Part shown: piece by piece, positions 54,546-64,000 of the stretch
Position numbering within the stretch: position 1 is the stretch's first letter
Layout: every line of letters starts with the position of its first letter
NCBI GenBank assembly: GCA_000165425.1
Contig: CT868074.1
Span: 372,001 to 436,000 of the forward strand
From: Paramecium tetraurelia
Taxonomy: Eukaryota
Direction: 5' to 3'
Length of the DNA: 64,000 nucleotides
Position numbers and translations under genes: made by a program
The notes under the pieces: generated by a model
Told to the model about the DNA's origin: nothing
The model's database searches: none
Seen by the model: the letters and a program-made list of their open reading frames with translations, nothing else

Positions 54546-57500
54546 TGTTTATTAAATAACTATAATCAAAAATATAAACACGTTCTGTATCGAATGTATC
54601 AGGACATTCAAACCTAAGATACTCAGCAATGGCAACTCCGTAATGTAATACTGTAAATGTGATTTGGGATATTAATTAAATTGGCTTAGAATTAGGTTGT
54701 CATGATGACCCAATTCTGAACGATGCTTTACAGCTGATTAATAATCATTAAGTAAATCGAGCAATTTTCATATTAAACCAATGTATAATGATTAGTAATA
54801 TTGTAGTGGTTTCTGATAATAAAAAGTATTTGGGATAACAATCTCAATTATAATTGATAATGAAAGTTACTCTATTGGTTGTATCAAGTGCTATGTCAAT
54901 TTTGGAAGATGATCCAGCATCAGCATTGCTTTTGTTGCTGGGTTGTGATTAGATGTTTAAGGGATTGACTATTTAATAATAAGCTTATCTTAGAGTACAG
55001 ATTCTAAACGGACTGGGTTGTTATTATAGAAGAGTGGGTTAATTAGAGAAAGCCCTGGAAGAATTAGAATGCGCATTAGCAATGATAAAAAAATATAGTT
55101 TAAAAGAGGTTGCAGTTACTCATTTAAATTTATCTGTAGTACTATCCTTAGTGGACGAGTATTATTGTAATTATATTAGTCTTTAGTCATGAAGGAGCAT
55201 TAGAAAATGCTAAGAAGGCAGTTACTGAAAGTCATAAAGAATACTAATACTATATACGAAATCATGTATCATTGTAAACTTTCAAATTCTAACGATGCGT
55301 AAGTTCATTAGCAATCTCATTCTACAATGTTGGAGTCTAGGAATAATATTTTTAAAAATATTAATTTGCATTATAAGCATATGCATCAGCATCCAAGGTG
55401 GCTGAAGACAATCTAGGCATCCATAATTATCTAACACTTCAATTGAAGAACATATATGAACAATTCGCTCGATAATTAACAATGGCTGAAGGTTAAAAAA
55501 TTGCCATTACTTCTTTGAATCACAAGTTTTAGATTAGAGCAAATATTAAAAGTTAATATGCTTAAAGCGCTTTGAAGAATTAGCCATAAGAAGCTGTTAG
55601 AAAAGTTACTGATCGAATATCTTAATCAGGAACCAAAAGATTAGATTAATCCCTTAGACCACAATCAGCAATGATGAGTCATTCACAACACACAAAATTA
55701 AAGTCATTTGATTTTACTAAAAGAGAAGGATATACAACTCATAAATAGATATCTACTACCAATCGCACTTTAAATCAATTTAGTGAAGATAACACAAAGA
55801 CTGAAATTGAAAAATTAGAAAAATCAAAGTTATTGCAACATTGTATCTAAAACCTAGAATCTGTAATTATTCATCATATTATCAGCAAGCTTAAAAAGAA
55901 CAAGAAAAACTAAAAACAATTTAGGAAGAAAAACAAAAAGAATTATAAAAGTTATAAGCCTTTCGATATATAAATGAATAAATAAGGTAAAAGAAATAAT
56001 CCAAATACTAAAACTAAACCGTCAGAGATTTGAAGCAATCAATAGATTAAACTAAATAAATTTATAATACAGATCCTTAAATTTAGGAAATTTTAGATTA
56101 AAGTGATCCTTAGCCTTTAGTTGCTCATTAATCATAGATCAAATCATCCAAAACAGAAATAGAAGAAAACCAAATGAAAAATCAAATTTTTACTAATGCT
56201 AAGAATCTAAAACAAGAGGAATAAAATAAAAGATTGTCTATTGAAATAAAACTTGAATAAAAGGTAGTTTAGGAGGAAACAATTCATAGTTTGAATAGAA
56301 AATTGGAATTTGAATAGGATTTTTCGCTTAGAAATAATGATTTATAATAAAATACATCATATAAGTAGATTGAAGATTTAGAGGAAATTAATGAAGTCAA
56401 TTAAGAATATGAGAATAAATAAAGTGTTGAAAATTAAATATAAGAAATAATTCAATAGAATGTTGTACTTTTTAATGAAGAATAATAATAATAAAGTATA
56501 AATAAAATTCAACAATTTTGGAAATTAAGTTAAAAAAAATTAAATGAACGGATTTAAAAGTTGGAATCTAAATATCAATTAGTCACAAAAAAATAATACT
56601 TTAGGGTTATGGATGAAAATAATAATCTTCATAATGGGATAATTTTTCTTGGCTACAATCAGAAACATAATATAGATATTTTATTCATTGATTTCTATGT
56701 AATCAGAAAATCTTAGAGAATATGCTAAAATATAAAAAAAAAGTTAGAACATATATTAATTTTAACTGTTTCAACCACTTTTAATATAACTAAAGATATT
56801 TTAGAAGACTTTGAAAAATAATTATTACCTTTTATTCAAATCAATAATTAATCACTTATAATACAAAGTTTATTGTTAAAAATTGAAATAAAATCTATGA
56901 AAAAATCTGTTTTAATGAAATTTGATGTAAACTAATTAAATCTTTATGAATAATATCCTAAACTTGAAGAGAGCATTCAAAACTATCAAGTTCCTACTAC
57001 AATTGCTGATATTTAATCATTTAATATCGATTCTATTGTAATTTAAAAATCGGCTTCATTAAACTTAGAATCAATTCAATAACCCTTCTAAGAAATCTCT
57101 TTAGTATCCGAAAAGATTTTACAAGATGCGAAACCAGAGAAATAAGAAAAGAATTAAAATGAAGAGTAGGAACAGCCTTCTGTTGATTTAGAAATCCATT
57201 CAAACTAGGATCAATAATAAAGCAAAAATGGAAGTGACGATGTTGAAAAGGCTAATTAAACTGGATAATTTAATATTAATTTCCAATCCTCGCAATATTT
57301 ACAATATTTACAATCTTAAAATGATTAAGATAATGTAGAAGAAGAGAATGAAAACTAAAAATAACGATAAAATCAACTCAAGGAAAGCACATAAAATTTA
57401 GATTTCACTCTTCAAGACAATGAATCCAATAATTCAATAATAGGCTAGGTTAATAATGTAGATACAGGAAATTAATAATTAGATAAAACCAATAAAAATA

Positions 57501-59106
57501 AAGAAAAGCCTTTAGTAAATCAAACAATTGTAGAAGAGGAAGAAGAAAATCAGTATAACTATAATAGTATTGAAGAAGGAAAACAGTTGAAAGAATATTA
57601 TGTAGAAAGCTAGTCTTTTTATTCAAACTCAGATGATAACAAAAAGGATTAATCTAAATAAAATTAAGAAGAATAAACCAAATAAAACAGTCAAGTTTTT
57701 CCAGATGAAAAATCTTAAATTAATATTCTTCAAGTACCTTTTCAGCAGTATCAAGGGTTTAGTAAATAAACAAGTTTGCAATTACCAGATTCAATGAAGG
57801 AAAATATTGATTCTGATAAAGAAAGTAAGCATTCTATTATCATTTTAGTTTCTTCGATAAAAAAATAAAGATATGAAAATTTAGGTATCATAACTGGAAT
57901 TAATAAGATAAATGGAACACCGATATTAATTCATATCCTTATCAATAAAGAATAATAATTGTTCCAAGCAAAAACAGACGTAGAAAAAATCAACGTTAAA
58001 CCTACATTCTTTAAAGTTGAAAATATAGAGAAAACAATTAGGAAGCCTTAAAAGTATTTAAAAGGATTTCTCGTTAATTGGAAAAACTAAACCATTTTAA
58101 AGATTTACACTAAAGTCCATTAAAATGCTGTTCTAAAACTTTAAAGATAATTCAAGTTTGATCATTATAGAAGAGATATGAAATTTAAATTAACAAAAAC
58201 TGACATTGAAGGTACATTACATGTAGGTTTCAAAAAGTAGATAATTTATTTAGCAATTGAAACAAAATCTACATATCAAAGAAATTCTTACACTTTTAGA
58301 AAAGAAAACTATGGCCAATTTGTTAAAAATATATCTTTCAGAATCATAAATAATCTTAGATTTTCTGAATAAAAAGGAATTTATTTAGAATAGGAGTCCT
58401 AACTTAAAATTTTAGTTTAGAATCAATAAGGTAAATTATTTTTTAATTTAAGTTAAAATTTTTAAATTGGTAAAATCCTAAAATGCCTATGAATTCACAG
58501 GATTTGGCTTATTGATTGGAACTTATGATTCGGTACATTAAAAGATAATTATTGCAAGTGACAATCAAAAGGTTAAGGCTTCTTTGGTTGATATTCCTAA
58601 ATCAATAAATGGGGATCAACTCACTTAATTTACGCTAAATTTATTAAATAGAGTATATCTTTATTTTAATCCCTATTTAGTCTAATATCATTGAAAGAAA
58701 TAATGAATGCTTTGTAATTTATTATATGGAGAAGGATGAAGACTCTGTTAAGAAAATTTAAAATGCAATATTTAAATATTAAACAATCAAAACTTTAAAA
58801 GTTTGCTATAACAAATTTGAGAAAGGATAAATTATCAAAAGAGAGATGGTTTTAGAATTGTAAAGAAAAGTTAAAAGGTATTATGGGATAAAATGCTAAT
58901 AAAAATTTTATTAAATTGGTAAATTAAAAGATTAGGAGTTTAAAAATTTAATTTTTAACTTTTAAACAATATTAGGCACATTCTTAATTTAAAAAAATAA
59001 TGAAATAGAAATTGATGTGAATTCAATAATAGAATTTTTAAATTAGGATGGACAATTTTTTAATTTATAAAATACGGAATTAAAGGATTTTATTCTTTAA
59101 TAATGA
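54546..59106 (+). CDS. Large protein with N-terminal TPR-like repeats, acidic low-complexity middle and IQ-like motifs
   Basis: ILNGLGCYYRRVGQLEKALEEL, AVTHLNLSVVLS (TPR-like). IIKIQQFWK, AVLKLQRQFK (IQ-like). Multiple introns. Start codon uncertain. Confidence 0.65.
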
Positions 59107-59233
59107 AAACTGTTTATATATATCTATCACTTTATTAAGATAATATGATTTTAATGAATATAATATTAAAGTACAAATATATTTGTAAGTTTACTAATGT
59201 ATATTTATTAACATACAAATATCAATTTATTTC

Positions 59234-60317
59234 TCAAGTGTGAAAAATTTAAATTAACTCTTCTGATACAGCAGATGGAGTGAAAACTCCTACGTCTGTA
59301 AACAGTAATGTAATCAAGTCTGGGGGAGTATAATCACACAAAGGATTGATGAGCTGAATTCAATATAAATAAAAATACATCCAAATTTTCAGGCAATTTC
59401 AATTTTTCTGAAAATGATGGTTCTTCTTAGCTATATCTGATTGAATCGCTTAAATCTTTTTGTGACAATGGGAATAAACGAGTGAATTTAAAACTTTCAG
59501 CTAATACATAAAATGGTTTTTTCTAAAATTTCGCACAAATAGCTGTTGTGTAGGTACCCACTCTATTTATAATACCTCCGTTTTCTACTACTGCTTCAGC
59601 TCCTGTCAAGACCATATCTATATTCTCCATAACTTAACCAATGGCAGAATCAAATATTAATTTACAAGGATATCCAATCTCTGTTAGTTATCTATATGTT
59701 TCTATTCCCTCTGATTTTGGCCTGCATTCAGGAATATAAATTTGCATAACAATCCCAGCCTTGAATGCTTCTATCAAAGAATAGATTACAACGTTAGAGT
59801 AGCCAACAACCAAGACTTTCTAAAATATAAATTTTCTTATACAAATCTATTATTAAAGAATTTTAAGCATTATGTCTTAATGTTATCTTTGGAACGATTG
59901 ATAATGTCTATTAACTCTTGTGAAATTTCTATGAGAGATGATTTCAATGCTTCCATACTATCAGCCTTTGAGTGTTACAAACCTTTACTAATGTAATGCT
60001 GATAAATAGTCAGAGTTGATCTTAGAACTAATTCTGATCTTCCATGACCAGCTTATGCATGATTAATCAAATATTCTCCTGCTGTTTTAATTTCATGTGT
60101 TAAACCCTGCATTGTCATTTCTTGATCAAGACATAAATATACCTTTACTATTTGTGATCAAATTTATCATCACTTTGATCAAAATCACAGCATAATGTTC
60201 TTTTGTGGTTTCATTTAATAGAGTAAACTCGTCAAGTACTATAAATAAATATAAAAGTAAACCTTTTTTCAAAGTAATTGACATGGAATCAGATTTTGAT
60301 GATAAACTTAAATTCAT
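59234..60317 (-). CDS. EIF2B1: Translation initiation factor eIF-2B subunit alpha
   Basis: [81 protein letters not shown]. Confidence 0.95.
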
Positions 60318-60764
60318 TATTTTATATAATTATATAATCTATGAATATATACTTTAGAATTAATAATAATACCAATTAATTATTAAAATTTACTAATTTA
60401 TATATTATATAGTTCAATTTCTGTAGTGATGCTTAGAGACAAGAATTGATTATAATGATTTCTCATTCCCAATTAATGGTACTTTCCAATAATTTATTGT
60501 TTATGAAGTTTTCTAACTTTTTAGGCACTATTCATAAATATTTTTAATATAGGTATCTTTTTCGAAAGTGTGCTATTTTATTAATTCGGTTTACATTTAA
60601 AATGTAAACTATGATATTAGAATAAGCAAAATTTATATGTAAATTAGTTTTTTTGATAATTTAGGTAGAAAATGTTTAAATAAGTCAAAAAAAATAGAGT
60701 AATGCTTGATATATCAATTCAATAATTGATTTATTTATACAAAATTGATGATATTAATATTTAT

Positions 60765-62327
60765 ATGAAATAAAAATAAATTTATTTTAGAAGCTCATTT
60801 TCCTCGTGTTTTACAAATTTAAGACTGAGAACTTAAGTCCTCATTTTGTAAATTATTTATTTAGTAATCATCACTACTTTACTCACATGTTTGACATTAA
60901 TAATTTAAAAAAATATAATTAACACTATAGCTATCGATTCTTAGCAGGTGTTAACATAAAAAGAGATGAATCGAATATCTGAGAATTATCTATATTAATT
61001 TATTTAATAGATCAATAATGGATTTTTTTAAAGGGCTCAGTCATTAAATGCCATAAACTCATTGTACTTTGTAGCTTAAGATAAAAATTTGAAATTTCAA
61101 CAAAACCTTGATATTTGCCAAACATTTGTTAGTAACCTGGAACTAATGTAGCAGATTGAAACATCATTTTGTTTTTGTTATGGTATAGCTGGTGATCCTA
61201 ACATATAATATGATGATAAACTTAGATTGAGCAACATTCTCAGTATCACATCTACAATTTAATCAAACTATACTTAATTGTATTATTCCTCAAACACTGA
61301 TGACCAATTTTACACATTTAAGCCTTGTCAAAATGTACCACCGGCCTGGATTCCTAAATAGCGGCCATGGTATAAATAACACAATCAAAGTAATTTAGAA
61401 ATTTAATACACCTCTGCATATATTGATTTTGGAGGAGGTGTGTGTTTAACTCAGACGAAATCATTAACAAATGAGCAAAATGTCTCTATTGGTATCGTTG
61501 CGAATGATATGACGATGGCATAGTTTTCAACTTTTACATATAATTAAATTGCCGAATTTCTTTTAATTGATTTTAAAGGGTAAATTTTACTCAGTAATCA
61601 CTATGTTAAAGGGTAAGAAATAGTAGATTACTTTTAAAATGTAACAAAAACTGGTTTTAATGAAACTGACTTTGGCATCCTGCTTAACTATTAATAGAAT
61701 AATTCCTATACAGATCTATGCTAAATACCTATCAATAATACTTTTTGTTTATTTGATAAGTTAAGACAAAAACTATTTTATTTTAAATTGGGCCTAATTA
61801 TGAATAATAAATACATTGTAGTTGCTAAATTTGATCCCTTTCTTTACTCAAGTGCAATGAATTCCTTGTTGTAGGAAATCAATGATAAAAATGATTAGAT
61901 GGCTACACTTTTAATAGGCATGATAATTTTAGCCTTTTTTATCTTTTTTATCTCCTTCATTGTAACTACTCTAGTATTGTAACGTCCAATTGAATAGTTA
62001 ATGTATTATTCAAATCGATAAAATAAATCAGGGAAATTTCTTTAGACCTAATTTCCAAAGATTTAAATGGGAACAAATATTGGTGAACTGAATCTAGCAT
62101 TTTTTAATTTATTAAATTAACAGCGTAGTAATAAAAAAGATTGCTAAGAACGTAACAAATAATTATCCTAAGAAACATACTAATATCAGAAAAATATTAA
62201 TTGTATGTATTTGAATATCCCCGATAAAATATTCCAAAATTTACTAGTAATTTATGATTTGAATATTATAGAATTTAAACTACCCAATATTATCTAACTG
62301 TTAAAATAGATTGATGTTGAGACGTGA
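60765..62327 (+). CDS. Two-TM receptor-like protein: TM-dCache-TM-HAMP-like, no output domain (520 aa)
   Basis: TM1 VLILQIIYLVIITTLLTCLTLII. Cache motif WIPKQRPWY...SAYID...LTQTKSL...GIVANDM. TM2 MIILAFFIFFISFIVTTLVL. RPIEQL...IGELNLAFFNL (HAMP-like). Intronless. Confidence 0.75.
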
Positions 62328-62505
62328 ACAAATCATAATATTTAATTTTATTAGGATGATCAATTATAAAACCTATCGTTTTGGTGAATACAAATCTGAA
62401 ACTAATTTTAATAATTGTTGAATAACTGTTGAATAATTTATTATTTTTTTTTAGTCTATATAAATAGATTCTAACTTCTATTCTATTAAATATAAATTAG
62501 ATAAT

Positions 62506-64000
62506 TCAATTTAAAACCTAATGGGAAGTGATGGGCTCCTCCTGATTCTGATTTAAAAGACCTTGTTCTAACTTGTAAAAATGGCCTTTTAAGTTAACTA
62601 AATGGCCATAATTGCCTTGCTCAATAATTTATCCCTTATCAAATACATAAATGATTTTACAATTCTAAGGATAATTAAAAGATTTACCTTTATTGTAGAC
62701 ATCCTATGAGCTATTACAATGGAAGTCTTTTCTTTAAGACATTCTTCCAATTATTACTATACCAAAGATTCAACGTTAGAATCTAAAGCACTTGTTGACT
62801 CATCAAATAAATAAATTTTTGAATTTCTCAACAACGCCCTGGAAATAGCAATCCTTTATTTTTGACCCCCTGAAATTAGACTACCTTTGGTACCAACCTT
62901 TTTATTAAATCCTGAATTTGTTTGATCCTCAGATTGTTCATCCATAATGAATTCATAAGCATGTGATAATTTTGATTTTTAAATGATATCCTCTTCAGTA
63001 GCATTGGTTTAATTGTATTTAATATTATAAGCAATAGACTCATTAAAGAGTTACGGCTCTTAAGAAACAATCGAGATTTATTACCTAAGAAATCTGAGAT
63101 CGTAGTCATATATTGATACACCATCCACTGTAATTTCTCCAGAATTAACATCATAAAGTCTGAAAAGAAGTTAGAATATTGTTGATTTACCACAACCAGA
63201 ACATCCAACTAAACCAACATTATGGCCTGCATCAATTTTAATACTTAAATTTTTCAAAACAATTATGTTTGGTCTTTATGGATAAGAAAAGATAACATTC
63301 TTAAATTCAATATTACCAAGGATGTTTCTTTTAATTCTTGGATGTTAGAATTTCTATTCTCTTTAATATTCATCTTCAGTCTCTAACAGACTAAAGTAAT
63401 AGGCAATTGAATTCTTGGTTTTATTATTATCCGATTAAAAATAAATAGTTTTGGCCCCTCCAACAACAGAAAATATAATGGCTAGAATGGTTTAATAAAT
63501 AGCCAAAATTGGGAGATCATCATATATGTTCAGAAGGGTTCCCATCAAGAATAAATACCCATTAACAAAAAATGGTTTCATTTAGGCATACCCAGAACTG
63601 AACCCAACTTAGGCACCAAACTTTTTGACTTATTTAGGAGGCCCTTCTAATTGGTTGGCATATTAATTGACTATAAAGGTCTCTGCTCTTAATGAATAGA
63701 CTGTCCTAATATTGGTTAAAGTATCCATCAACAACTTGTTACTATTTGATATATGCCTTTTGGGCAAATGATTGCTATGAACCCACAACATACCTTTCAC
63801 TTAAGCATCCCCCTATATATGATATTGGAGCCAAACCAACAGCCAATAGTGTTAATTTCCATGATGATACAAATGATAAGGCAAATCCTACTATGATTGC
63901 TGAATAATATTGACATTTAAATCCTATGATATTTTGAAAGAATTATTAAACTACTCTGGTATCATTGGTTACTTTAGGAGTTAAGAAACCTATATTATGA
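62506..64000 (-). CDS. ABCB/MDR-type ABC transporter, C-terminal TMD+NBD (5' part outside window)
   Basis: GNIEFKNVIFSYPQRP, Walker A GCSGCGKST, VSQEP, signature ISGGQKQRIAISRA, LFDESTSALD, IAHR. Confidence 0.95.

Noticed and set aside
1011..63208. Short ORFs in the supplied six-frame track as independent genes
   Set aside because: Computed with TAA/TAG as stops. They are fragments, off-frame readings or antisense shadows of longer code-6 genes.
1..64000. Retained IESs, telomeric repeats or transposons
   Set aside because: Reading frames are explained by introns alone, apart from the single-base shift at 33481. No G3-4T2-3 tracts or transposase motifs seen.

Overview
AT-rich, gene-dense macronuclear DNA of a ciliate, almost certainly Paramecium. 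Genes read through TAA/TAG as Gln (genetic code 6), stop only at TGA, and contain tiny GT-AG introns of about 20-31 nt, so the supplied standard-code ORF track is mostly fragments. I reconstruct 33 protein-coding genes by hand. Recognisable ones include syntaxin, a TraB-like protein, isochorismatase, HEATR5-like, RPL24, a trichocyst-matrix-like protein, NEK kinase, WDR93-like, ZNHIT3-like, DUF1295, a ~4000-aa Cys-rich surface-antigen-like gene, RING-Tudor, HID1-like, SF-assemblin-like, STEEP1-like, VAP, GYF, kinesin, CDPK-like, eIF2B-alpha, a dCache-HAMP membrane protein and a partial ABCB transporter. The most notable observations: (1) a stand-alone Rnl1/Trl1-type RNA-ligase-like gene whose motif-I catalytic Lys codon is TAA (Gln); (2) a bacterial-style ATGA stop/start overlap between the WDR93-like and ZNHIT3-like genes; (3) an orphan TM-dCache-TM-HAMP receptor with an amino-acid-binding-type motif; (4) a small protein apparently made of two chromo-shadow-like domains; (5) a single +1 frameshift mid-way through the giant surface-antigen gene. 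All family calls come from motif recognition by eye, with no database search. No rRNA, tRNA, transposon, telomere or CRISPR was recognised.
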